A DNA stretch of 64,000 bases from Mytilus californianus (lineage: Eukaryota). Under the pieces are notes generated by a model. It was not told the DNA's origin. It did not search any database and saw only the letters and a list, made by a program, of their open reading frames with translations. How positions within the stretch are numbered: position 1 is the first letter of the stretch; every line of letters begins with the position of its first letter. Below, one piece after another: positions 1 through 13,286 of this stretch. Location of the stretch: NCBI RefSeq assembly GCF_021869535.1, contig NW_026262701.1, forward strand, positions 101,060,001 to 101,124,000. The letters run 5' to 3'. The position numbers were made by a program, and so were the translations under genes.

Positions 1-3000
1 ACTATCAAAACAAAACAAAAAAATCAGCAGAGGAGGTAGAAAACAGAAATAAATAGTAATTTGATTTAATACAGGTGTATAAGAATAAAGTTAGAATCTA
101 ATTTACTGCCTTTTCATTGAAATGTTTACTTAATGGTAAACATTAATGTTGGCACCTGTACCGTGATGCATAGTCTTGGATTATGCCAAATTTTCAGTAA
201 AAGCTTCTTTTTATAAAGAATGTGTCAAAATATGATTAATGGTTGCTGTTTTCAAGGTAAAAATCAGTCACAGCATTTACATATTTAAGTCATTAACAAA
301 TGTAGAACTCTTAACAAAGACAGATACATATACATATTTTAAAAAATAAGTTTCCTGAAGCTCTGAAAAGTTATTTTATTCAAAGGCAGTGAAAAAATGA
401 TCAATAAAGTGAAGTATGTGCAAGTGCAAGAAGGTCTACCGATATTTGAAGGTTTCATATATATATATATTGCATGCCTTGGGCATTCCTGGCACTGATT
501 CATAAACGTAATTTTTTTTTTTTAAATTCTTCAACAAATGAAGAAGAATCTTTTGACAAATTCATTTTTCTTATTGTAGATACCTTTAAAGCAGCCAGAA
601 TATTTCTTTGTTAAAAGGAAACTTGCTGTCTGATATCAGGGATTGCCTCTGTATACATCAACAAAAGATCATCTTTATGATTAGTAGATTTGGACCTTTT
701 TGCAAAACTTAATCAAACCCATTCATGTGTAAAATGAGGGTCAAGACGACCTACTTTGAGCATAGAACTTCATTGCTAAACATGATTCAGCAACTGATAA
801 AATTTCATTCTGATATGATTTGTAGTTGACTTTACTTAACTTAACCCCCACAGAAGAAATTAACAACAAACGGAATGCTATATAAGTGTAAATAAATCTG
901 AAATTTAGTAGCTGTTCGACTTCTCTTTTTTTATCAATTTAAGCCAAAAGTTTGTAGTAGATGATTCAAATGTTGATTATACTTCTTGCAAGTCATCTAC
1001 ATGTCATAAAACACATAATTGGTTGAATAATATGTCTTCAATTCAAAATTCTGCACATCTCAAAATCCTGAGTGATGAAATACATGTCAAGATCCAGCTT
1101 GGCTGCATCAAAAAACAATTTTTGTCAATGGGAATTAATTTTGAATATACCAATCCTGAGTTGTTTTTTATGAATGAGTTACACCGGCTGACCAACAGTC
1201 AATCTGCGTAAACAACTTCATCCAACAATCGGTTCTTTCTGTGACTTAATAACATAAGCATTGAAATTTACAGGAAAGTGCACAAATTTGAAAGTCGTCT
1301 AGAGCATATCATAAATTATGTCAATTTTTATTGAATATCTAACATAAAAAGATGTTTTTCAAAATATTAAGTTTTTACGAGTTTTTTTTATCAAAATTCC
1401 ACAAAAAAACAAATTAGACCTTTCTTTTATAGGTATTAACACTGTGCATAAAAATTTTGAAAATAGATTTTGGCATTTTTGATTTATGCATGCCATAGAT
1501 GTGCTAAGGACAGATACTGATAGTCAGCCACTAGTCCATGTGGCTTTTAATGATGATGGCTGCATGAATCCAGCCTGTCAATGTGGAAATTCTGGTTTCT
1601 TTTGGTTTTTTGTATTGTTCAGATCAGAAAATTGTCTTATGGATGAATGTATTTTAACTACAAACAACACTATTTTTTTTTTATTTTCAACACAAAATAA
1701 TTCAATCCTGCAGAAACTTCTAATTTCTAAATTACTATTACATATATTTGATAATTTTTTGATTGTTGTATTTATTCAACTCATTATATTGTATTATGAA
1801 AAAATGAAAAATTCAAAAAGTCACATTACAAACAATTCAAATAACTAATTTTTATCATGATAACAGCTTACAGTACATTGGAAAACATTCCAAATTACTG
1901 ACTTCCAAAAAAAAAACATCTTCTGAATCAATGGTTAAAGATGTTATAATATTACACTATATTTCTTGATACTAGTACAAACTTTAAGTTGTGTAGTAGA
2001 GATGATTGCAAGACATTTTCAATGAAAAAAACTTGAGTTAAATCTGGCAAGTTTTTTGTGTAATGATTATTTATCAGTTATTGCATAGAGATGAAGTCTG
2101 ATGGCTGTGTTATCAGTTGATGCAAAGCAGAATGTATGATGTCAAGGTTAAAAGTTGTAAATTATAAATTCTTATTTATTCACATAAATGTTTTCACCAA
2201 TAAGATATATTTTTTCATGAAAGTCAGAATAAATCTGTTGTTACGGTTTAATGTGCTTGAACTGTTGTTAAGGATTAAGAAGTTTCAATTTATTTGAATT
2301 TTAAATCCCAGACCCATCTATGTTGGTAAATCAAGACAGTTTTTATAACCTTTAAAAAAAAGCATGCATTTAAAAATGTTTCTTTGGTTAAATATGATGC
2401 TCAATTCTAATCATAAAACAATTAATAAGACTGGGAGGACACAAAAAATAAGCAAAATCAGAAAAACTCCAAAAACAATGAACATCAAAGCTGTAAACTG
2501 TTAACCCCAGCAATATTCAAATACAGTTCTAGATTCCTAAAGCAAAAATTGTCAGGTCTGACAGCTTTCATGAAAGTTGTTTGTTATAATTTGCTGGTAG
2601 AACAAAAATCTAGGTACCACTATGAAAACAATGAGCTGCATTACAATCCATAAAAAAAACCTGCAAAACCCAAGCTGCTCAATAGGCATATATTATATGC
2701 TACTTCCAAGGTCATTACCGTATCAAACATTCTAATATACTTTAAAAGGCTGAAAAATTTAATTCAGAACATTACTGAAACAAATAGAGTATCAATGGCC
2801 AAGAGGCTGCAAACTTAAAAGCTTTGGTGGCAAGTTGGCAACCACAACTTGTACATTTAAAATAAAGAGATGTGGTACATGTATGATTGTCAATGAGACA
2901 ACTATCCACCACACCATATGAGGTAGATGTAAGCAACTGTAGGTCACCCAACATGTAGATATTTTGAATTTACATGTAGCATACATGTACATATTTTGAA

Positions 3001-4975
3001 GTGAGCTTCATGTACAGGAAAAATAAATGGGGAATGTGTCTATGGGACACAGAAGATGCCCCCACTTGCATATAATGTTATAAAGGGACATAACTCAAGA
3101 ACGATAAAAGTGATGCTACCCAAATTCATACTTGATCTGAGTTTTGTGGCAATTAGCATTGTGTATAAGTTTCATAATATTTGGTTGCTGCAAACTAAAT
3201 TTAGAGAACTAAAACCAATTTTGGGATCTACGGACAAGGGTAAAACTTAATGCCCCCTCTGCTACAGCGTGGCATAAAAAGTATGTCAATTGAAAGTATT
3301 AAAGGGATTAACTTTCAAAATGAATCTCATATGACTGTTTTGTTGCATACTAATAGGCCTGTTATAAATGATGTCAATATTTTTTTCCTACAAATTCCAA
3401 ATGAACATTAAAACTTCTACATTAATCAATTGATTCATTCTTAAAAACAGTTGGCTCTTCAGTGCTAATTAACTCTACATACAACTCATCCTAACAGTCT
3501 ATAGCCTCACTCTATGCCAGGTATTCCTGGCATGCATAAACTGAACACACTTTTTTTCTCTTTCAGCTAAATGAAATACCCTAATTCACATTTACAAAGA
3601 ATTTTACTTATTTATATCAGCACTTTAATCAAGATTTCAGAACTAATTTTTCTTCTTTCAGCCAGAACTGACATTTACTTGTTAAGTGGTTTACAACTGT
3701 TGGATTCATCAAATTGAAACTTTGTTGATTAATTTCTTGTTGTTCATGGCCAGTTAGGAGTCCTCGAAGCAGAGATGTTAATTTTCATTGCTTACAATTT
3801 AGTCAATGAAGTTTGAAAATATTCCTCCCCACCATAACAGTGATAATAAAGAAGAAATTTTTAACCACCTGGCAAGTGGCATAGATATGCTTATTTTGAT
3901 CTTTCAAATATCCAACTGCAGACCAACTTGTACTTCTAAGGGAACCTAAGGTAATTTGACATACATTATTATGTCATAGGATCCCTATTAGTCTAATATG
4001 AATGAATATTAATACAGAATATCAATTGCAGCAAATTTCGGCCAACTGGACTGGAAATTTCTTTTTGCTTTCAACTTGAGAATTAGTACATGACAAAATA
4101 AGGACAGCAGATAGATCTTGCTACTAGATACCAAATCTGCAGCTTTTACATTATCTCTAACTAAAAAATCAAAACCAACCAATACAGAATAAAATTATCC
4201 TATTTCTAAATCAAAGGGAAAGAAAGCTGTGTGCTTACACACATTTCTGGAAAATCCAATAGAATAAATAAGATATCCACATTTGCAACCATTATTAAAT
4301 AATTTCATTCTATGCTGAAAAATAGCAAAGCAAAAACTAGTAAGCGTCTTTATAAACTAATTAAATATAACTATATGTAACAGACCTACTGAAAATAAAA
4401 CAGCAATTCAAATGGTCAACCTTTAGTCCATAAGCTCTTAATAACCCTGTGACAAATATTGATTGAATTCAACATTAATAATTCATTCTTCCTGGTTTCA
4501 GGCATTTCATTCTTTCTCTGATTTCAGTAAGGTGTCTCAGACTTAAAAATATCTATTACATATTTTGTAATAATAGTACAAGGTTCTCGTATACTATCAT
4601 ATAATTTTTTGTTCAACAGAAATTTCATTTGTTAAAAAAAAGTTAAAAAGATAAATGGATTTGGGTTTTAAAGCCAAATCTTAAATTGTTTCTGTTAAAT
4701 TTATTCACAATTTTTATACAAACTCATTGTGATTAGAGCATGGAATTCGCAGACAACTGTCCTGGTTTTCTTGGCACTATATGTTGCCCTCTAAATGTCT
4801 TCTGGTTAATTTTGTTGGGTTGCTGTCTCATTGATTTATATGCCACATCTTCTTTTAAAGTTCCCTTAAAGTCTGTGCTGATGTAAACAGATATATTCCT
4901 TACTTCACATGTAATAATTTAAAATTTGAAGGGAACATTTATTGCAATAATTAAATGAACCCTTCAATTGCTTTA

Positions 4976-5039
4976 TCAGTGGTCTCGTGGTAGCATGTTC
5001 GCCTCGAGTGCGGGAGGTCATGGGTCATCCTCATCATCA
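4976..5039 (+). mobile_element. 64-bp internally deleted SINE (head fused to tail)
   Basis: Same head as the 13311-13754 SINE joined directly to CATCCTCATCATCA; 12-bp TSD TCAATTGCTTTA at 4964-4975 and 5040-5051. Confidence 0.88.
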
Positions 5040-6869
5040 TCAATTGCTTTAGAAAATTAAATCCAATTTAAAAGCACAAACCTCAACACTTAGGAAGGAA
5101 TTATGGCCATAGTTGTGGCCTCCTGGTTTCAGAATCTTGGAAGTGGTATTGATCAAAACTTGCTAATAATGAATTTATTTTTCAGTTTTAATTTTGCATT
5201 AGAATAACTTTAGCAATGAAATAAAATCTTGTACTTTTAGGCAGGAACAAATACATTTCAGAAGGATATTAGCATCAACACATTATATGGTATACACCTG
5301 AACCACCTCTTTTTTGAAACCCCAGAATCTTTTCATACATGGCCTTTAAACAGAAAACAAATGCATTTTAACAGGAATAACCTTTGTTTAATGTAAATAG
5401 TTTACATGCAAAGGTAGGTCAAAACAACCTAACCAATCACTATGTTTGCCTGAAGGCTGTGGTCATTCACCTGTCTGGGGACTGGTCATGATTTTATTAC
5501 TCCTTTACAAAATATGTTAACCATAAACAAGTATGTCTGGAAGTTAACCATTTTAATTGTTCAGTGAAACAGTTGATATAATGAATAAATTAAAAAAAAA
5601 TAATTTTTTTTTAGAAGATTCAAAATGGTTTCCATTTATAAGCCAGCATGCAAAGCTAAAGATTATAAATAGTTACATAATTTACAGTTTAATGTATCTG
5701 AAAAAGTCAGCAATAAAGCATGCCATAATATGTAACTATTCTTATACATACAAATCCTTCTATAAATTTGTCTGACTGAAATCTTGAGCAAATCTGATCT
5801 TGTCAGACCTCTATTATGCAGTCAGATGAAATCATTCATGTAATGCTTCAAATAAGGAAATGATCTTTTCTTTCACTGTGATTTGTTTGAAAATTTCTAT
5901 CAAAATGTTAAGGGTGCATAATCAAATTCAAGGCTGGTAGTGCAAGATCCTAAGTTATCATTTCTTCAACATTCAATACTAGTCTATGCCTTTCAAATCA
6001 AAGTTAAAAAGAAAATTGTTTGAAAAGTTATCACTTATGACAAGTCTACACCTCATGAATTTGATGTCAAAATTTAACATCTTCCCCTTCTGTATATTAA
6101 ATGGGTCTGGTTACCAGAACACACAAATATTTTACTTGGGTCCAATTACAATGAATTAACAGAATTGCAATAGTCACACAAACTTTTGCATCACAAGTCA
6201 AAGATCTTGCATTATATACAACTTTTTAAGTCTGCTGTCTGACTCAAGTACATATCAATAATGGTTATGATTTTATTTAAATCGTTAATGGTGGAATACT
6301 ATGGCTCCCATGTCTCCTTTAGTCAATGGCTTTCTCATTTCTATCCATGCCAAAAGAATGATTGAAAAAAATAGAAAATTCTTATAAAATCAATGTTTTA
6401 GTCTGGACTAACTGATCAATCATCCTAACAAATATAAAAAGTTTAACCATCTAATATTTTACATTCTGCAGTATCCAACAAATAAAATCATTCATGAATT
6501 TGTACTTTTATTTATTTACATCTACTAACTTTTTATGATGTTTTAGTCTTTAGTGATATTTTTAATCCTCACAGACTGACTTGCAAACTGTTTGTCTGTT
6601 TGTATATGTGATAATATACAATTCAATATATTACATATATTTAGTACATGTATTTAAAATCTATATATATTGGGCTAAATTTCATACAAGATATATATAT
6701 ATATCTCATAATCTGATACAGTGAAACATCTTTTATCTGTGGATAGTGTGCTTTTCATAATTTACTTGAAGTTTAGGCTGAGGGATGAAAGAGTTTGCTT
6801 CTTGTATTTATTTGGTAGCATTAGAAAACTGTAATCCGACGGCCTATATTGGATAAGCATGGGATGTTT

Positions 6870-7440
6870 GAATAAAATTGAGAATGGAAATGGGTAATGT
6901 GTCAAAGAGACATCAACCCGACCAAAGAGCAGAAAACAGCCGAAGGCCACCAATGGGTCTTCAACACAGCGAGAAAATCCCACACCCCAAGGCTACTTCA
7001 GCTGGCCCCTAAACAAAAATGTGTACTAGTTTAATGAAAATGGACGTCACACTAAACTCCAAAACATATAAATGAACTAAAATTAAAAAACATACAAGAC
7101 TAACAAAGGCCAGAGGCTCCTGACTTGGGACAGGCGCAAAAATGTGGTGGGGTTAAACATGTTTTGTGAGCTCTCAACCCTCCCCCTATACCTCTAGCCA
7201 ATGTAGAATAAACAAACACACAGCAATACACACAGTAAAACTCAGTTTATAAGAAGTCTAAGTCCGATGTCAGAATAGCTAACAAAAGAAACGAAGCAAA
7301 ATGACAATGATACATAAATTAACAAAGGACTACTAGCAGCTACTGACATGCAGCTGCAGAGCTTAATTAAACTGATTGAAAGATTATGTCTTCATCATAT
7401 GATGAATGCAGGGATGGAAGCAACTGAAAATGTTAAATTA
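6870..7440 (+). repeat. Interspersed repeat family A (also about 12058-12350 and 20025-20345)
   Basis: Three copies share AATAAAATTGAGAATGGAAATGGG.AATGTGTCAAAGAGACA...CTCCTGACTTGGGACAGGCGCAAAAATG. Confidence 0.85.
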
Positions 7441-8880
7441 GTACATCTGCAAATATGGGATCCAAAATTACAGGCTAAGCTACTAAATGCAAGTTTACTG
7501 GACAATAACTATCAAATACAGCGAAATTGTCATATTTTATCCTTGATTGCCCCCTAGCTAGTCCAAATCAAGGACGTATATTGTCCAAATAACAGTCAGA
7601 GAACAGACAAATCTCGGATAATTGTTATTTATTGATACTTATAAGTCTGTGGTAATAAAAACAATATTTGCAGCAGCTCTATAGGATATCATACTTATAA
7701 CATGTCCTCACTCTTTTCTGAATAAATTTAGAATTCAATTTACCACTCTACATCAACAGAATGAAAAAGGTAACAATTGAGTCATACATGTATATGTACT
7801 ATATAATTTACCAGACTTCCTGAAAATCATCAAAGGATTGTCAATTATTTAATCAGACAAGCTGCAATGATTCATCTGGTCAACCAAATAAGAAACTACA
7901 GAAAAAAGGGGGACCTATTCTATGAGGTCCTGAAAAATAGCAGACTCCGATTTACACTATAATTGCAGTTATCAAAATCTACAACAAGCCCATTTGCCTA
8001 GGCCTGTGAAAACCTTCATATATCCTTTAAATGTTGAGAAAAAGACATTTGACCGATAGGCTGGCTGTTGGCCAAAACATATTTCATGATGACTGTAATT
8101 GACAGCTTCGTCTGACCCTTATTGCATACATGTACTGTAAATTTAGAAATTATTGTGAGGTTTTTATTAATGCGAATAAAACAACTTGGTGAGTAACGCA
8201 TTGATGAGAACTCAAATTTGATATCTGATACATATATATCTATATGCAGATTTTTTTTAAATCACAATAACTGATCTCACATATTTTTCTATTCTTCAAA
8301 ATTGCAATAAATTCTGAATTAAAAGTATTTTTGGAAGTCTGACCATTTGATCACTAAAAAAATATCTGGATTAAACTACATATAATCATGATAATTACAA
8401 TATAATTTCAGTAAACTCAGGAATTTCTTCTGTAAAACTTAGCACCAGAATTTGCTTCTTGATAAGTTCAGTAAACTGTCTATATATGAACAGCTTCATA
8501 TAATCATAGTTTTCATTTTCAATATATTTTGACTGCTAGGAAATTCTTTTTAGGGTACAAATGTATTATATATCCAAATCTGCATAATTGACAGCTTTCT
8601 TCTTCTACTACATACAATTTTGTTTGAATTCACATTGTTTAAATTGTATGAAATAATTTTACATGCAAATATTTCATCTTTTGTGTCTAATGTTTACAAA
8701 GTTAAGTTATCAATATACACGACCAACACCTATATATATAAATAACTTTTCACCTGTCACTGTCCAGACTAATTCTACATATTTTAATTCAACTACTGCA
8801 TATATAATTTAGCATAATTTCGATACAATGAAATAATATATGCAAAGCATTGTCGTGCAATGAATAAATATGCAGTCTAC

Positions 8881-9420
8881 CTTGCTTAAACTTTGCCCCG
8901 TCTGCGGTTACGTAAGAGTAGCTCACTAATCAAACATTCAGCTTTGTTGATTGTCAATTCGTCTACCGACTGTCTGGGGCTGATAACCCTTCCAATACAC
9001 TAAATGACATCACATGTAAACATAAGTAGGAAATGCAAAAATAAACTTACCGTTAGCAACGACCGTGTTGTACAAAAGTAATGCTGCAAAAGAAGAGAAA
9101 ATTAAATAAATTTGCAGGAAGTTAATTGCACCTACAGACCGGAAGTCCACATGGAACCTAAGACACCGTGATTCCAAAGACTGTAAAATAAATACTTACC
9201 AAAAAGACCAAAACAAAATAGCATGTCTAGGTGAACAGAGACCCTCCCACTCCGACGGGATGATGCATAGAGTCTCGATTCCCCTTGCAGTGGTCATATA
9301 TCCTGTTTATTGTGCAGACTTAACTCTCAGACGATATACACAGACCCGCCATCACTTTTGATGATTTGCGCATTCGACTGTCTGCGCACTTGCACAATTC
9401 TCCGACTGACGTCAAAAAGG
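8881..9420 (-). other. Putative 5' exons of an unidentified spliced transcript
   Basis: Exon ending at 9200 (GTAAGT donor); 33-nt exon 9051-9083 (polypyrimidine-CAG / GTAAGT); third exon ending at 8881 (AG|GTAGAC) with an uncertain acceptor. Confidence 0.45.
9139..9414. promoter_or_regulatory. Promoter-like island: CRE TGACGTCA (9407-9414), TGCGCA x2 (9367, 9383), ETS-like CCGGAAGT (9139-9146)
   Basis: CpG-richer patch in AT-rich surroundings, with clustered motifs next to strong minus-strand donors. Confidence 0.5.
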
Positions 9421-11454
9421 ATGTTTTTTCTTATATTTTTCTAATATTTTAAACTAACATATTGTCTTGTTAAAACCGCGGTGTTGAAGATTACGTAAAA
9501 ATACATTTCAAGCGACTTAACTGATATTTTTTTTACCGTTGACCTACATTTTTATTGGTCTAATATTAGATTGTCAAAACGGCCTGGTGAACATGTGCAT
9601 TTTTTACTACAAAAAGAGAACAGAAGGATTTGTACTTGGAGAACATAACAAAATTATACAAAATTTGATATTATCGATAAACAAATAAATAATTTTCTAC
9701 AGCTGTGATTGTATTATCAACTTAATTTACAGTGAGAATAGTAGCAACATAATATTTTAATGGTTTAATCAAGGATTTGTGACATTTGTATACTATACAA
9801 ATCCTTGGTTTAATATAATGCGTGATTAGTGTCTCTTGTTGACAGCATGCTACTATCATCTATGATAAAGCGAGAAAACATTTTCGGACAGCTTTTATGC
9901 TTTACCATTTTCAGAAAAGAAATGAATGAATGAATTCTTTATTTGCAAAGCAGTAGTTACATGCTATAGCAAACACAAACATATTTACATTGTGACACAT
10001 AATAAACAGCAGAGAACAATATTCTAAGAAAGTACAATAGACAAATAATCAACTATAAATTAGATGTGATCTAATCTGTTGGCAGATTTTAAATAATTAC
10101 ACAATTTTCCAGCTAATGATCTAGATTTTGTTTGATACAAATACCTAAGTTTTGTCAGTTATATTTGGCCACGAACAGTAATATTTTGGCAAAAACTGCT
10201 TCCTTACAAATCTATACATAGGACACACTAGAGTAAAATGGTACTCATCTTCAACACTTTTCATATTACAGCAAGTACATAATCTGTTTTCTCTTGGTTT
10301 ATTTTTATATTTGGTATTTGTAAATAAAAGTGTAACAACTTAGAATGCTCGGAAATCGAGCACCTGTCGTATTGATGCATGACGTTCGAAATCGATTTTT
10401 CAAATACTTATAGATCCTGAATATTTTCCTAATCATACACAATTAGCTTATAAAATCAAGTAAATACAGACATTGCAATACAATTATGATTGATTGAGAT
10501 GTGCTTGCTTAACGCCCAGTGGCATACAACTTCAGTATACGAAAAACTGATAAACATCTGCTATGAAAACGGTAGAGCGATATTAGGGGATGACCATTTG
10601 ATTTTCTTAGGATATGGACAAGAGTATTTTGAAAATAAATATCCTGGCCTGGTAAGAACTTAAAATAAATAACTTGGCACAAGACAGGAGAAAAATGTAT
10701 GCTCTGTATCAACATGCAGAAAAGAGTTGTGTACATATATACATACAGCAAAGCTGCGGAAAAAATAATATAAAAATAAGAAGATGTGATATGATTGCCA
10801 ATGAGACAACTCTCCACCAGAAACCAAATGACGTAGAAGTTTGTTAAGCAACAGATGAATTTGAATATCATCAATCAGCAAAAATAAATACAATATATCA
10901 AATGGTGGTCCCCTTATGAAGAAAGTAAACTTTGTGAAAATCATAGACTGTCACTTTATATCTCTCAAGAAATGATAAATATTTTTTTTTATTCTACTGA
11001 TAAAGGGTTCACTGAGAAGCTTATACTTCTTTTTTTTTTACCATATCATAAAGACTGGAACAAAAAAAACATAACATTTATTAGCGATAACAAGTCAGTA
11101 TGGAAGCATTTAAATCTGATGCCGTAGGACTTTTATTTGATGAACTTCAAAACAATTTAGATTTTTTTTACCATTCAGGACCCTTTTGGAAACAAGCATA
11201 ATATATCTACTTATCTGACCGGGATGTAGGGTGGGGATTTGGAATGCCTCTGGAAAATGAGAAATGTTGGATATATAGGGATAGACATTTTGCCTTGCAA
11301 CAGGACACCTGCAGAATACTTATTGGGTTGATACAAGGGTTCTTAATTTACCGTTCAGACCCAACATGACGGAGGCATCCGTTTTAACGCTGCCGTTAAC
11401 TATACATCCCGTCGAAAGAAAAAAAAAACAATCAACATTAGACTAAAACATCAG

Positions 11455-11990
11455 GGAAATTATATGATCCCTTCAGCCATATCACTACAAGGACCTCAAC
11501 ACCGTTCAAAACCTAGAGGTTGTAGCCTTTCTGAAAAAAGGACCAAAATATCGTATACTAGCGAAAATGAATTTTAAAGAGTGTCGCCTACATCCATGAC
11601 CGTGGGCTCCATGCACGGAGTTTCACAGAAGACAATCATAGCATTGCCAAATTTCAGTTTAAGGCCTCAACTCGGAACATTTGAAGGTCACTTAAATGTA
11701 TTGCTTACTAAACTACACAAATCATGTCATATATCGTTTCATTTCGGTTTCAAGTAAGTGTTCTACAACCATGTTTTTGTTGTCCTAGTTCCATGAGTGC
11801 TTTAGATTAATGCATTTATCGTGGAATAGATTTAGTAAGAAAGCATATGAAATTAAATGGATTTTTAAAGTGTAAAATTAAGTGGTTGAGTGACAGTTTT
11901 GACTTTTCGACTCTGTATATTACACATCCACACAATTTTTATCAAACAGAAGTTTTCTTGTATAATCAAATTTTCATTCGAAAAATTTTG
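11455..11990 (+). mobile_element. Decayed Penelope-like retroelement RT fragment
   Basis: Frameshifted motifs in the expected order: YDPFSHITT/DLNTV, KKGPKYR, LTKLHKS, YRFISVSSKCST, FDFSTLY..HPH. Confidence 0.7.
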
Positions 11991-13286
11991 AAGCAAATTT
12001 TATTGCTATAACTCATATAAAGCCTTCTTCTGTAATGGACAAGATAAATATTCTAGATAATAAAATTGAGAATGGAAATGGGGAATGTGTCAAAGAGACA
12101 ACAACCCGACCACTGAACAGACAACAGCAGAAGGCCACCAACAGGTCTTCAATGCAGCGAGAAATTCCCGCACCCGGAGGCGTCCTTCAGCTGGCCCCTA
12201 AACAAATATATATACTAGTTCAGTGATAATGAACGCCATACTAAACTCCAAATTGTACACAAGAAACTAAAATTAAAAATAATACAAGACTAACAAAGGC
12301 TAGAGGCTCCTGACTTGGGACAGGCGCAAAAATGCGGCGGGGTTAAACATACTGAAACTGTGATAAGATGATTATTAAAGCTTTGAGTGTTATGCTATAC
12401 ACCATTTATATGCATACGAGACGAACAAGGTTGCAGGTCGTCACAAGGGCACCAGTTGCGTCCCTTTAATAACAGACTTATGAATTACAATTTAGCGTCA
12501 AAATCAGTAACCATACTTCCGACTGAATTCCTTTTACTGGTAATAGAAACAATTACGCAAACTTACCTTTACCTTGATGACAATTTTGCTTTAAAAAAGC
12601 AAGAATTTTCTAATTATATTTTCGAAAATTGAACTTGCTTTAATCCGGCAGCAATAATTGTCCTTTTCCCGATTAGGATATTTCACTGTAGTCCACATGG
12701 AAAACTCAAGACTTAAATTTACGAAAAAAAAAAGAAAATGTTTTGTTTCTTATTGTTCAATTTCCTTATTTCGACGGTGGTTCTTTCTGGCCCTTTTAAA
12801 CAACTCAAACGCTTTGTCCGTGTCTGTCTATGTTGAGATATGTTTGAACATAGATGTATGGGTTTATACATCTATGGTTTGTACAGCAGTTACAACTTGC
12901 ATGACGTATATTTTGTCCTTTTGACGATTTTTATCACGCTACATTTCAAGACCAATTAATTTCTACTAAACAAAAATGAGTCTATTGACCGCGCACAGAT
13001 GTATATCATTTAAACGGAAATGTTCTAAGCAATATCATATAATTTTAAACCAAATGGTGATGAAAGGTTTTCGAGAAATAGCAATTTAAAGAGAAAAAAC
13101 TTTTTTGTCGTTTCACGTATATTTTATATATTTATATATCTGTTAAAACGAACCTTGTTTTTTGGGGGGATGAACATTACTCGACACTTTAAAATTTGAA
13201 GCACGGCTAATATGTTTGTTTTATTTTGTCTGCATTGAAAATGTGTATTTGTTTGTTCTGGATATTACAGGTAACTTCTTGTCTTC

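Noticed and set aside
1160-1240. Minus-strand IDCWSAGVT resembling kinase subdomain IX
   Set aside because: Stops on both sides and no other kinase motifs nearby; probably chance.
1486-1848. 120-aa plus-strand ORF and other short track ORFs (for example 10509-10874, 42150-42359, 35348-35578)
   Set aside because: F/I/L/K/N-rich composition typical of random AT-rich DNA, or antisense to real exons; no domains.
2632-2750. Exon-like LLKYIRMFDTVMTLEVAYNICLLSSLGFAGFFYGL* after a TTTTTCAG acceptor (minus)
   Set aside because: No recognisable homology, and it could not be linked in phase to any upstream exon.
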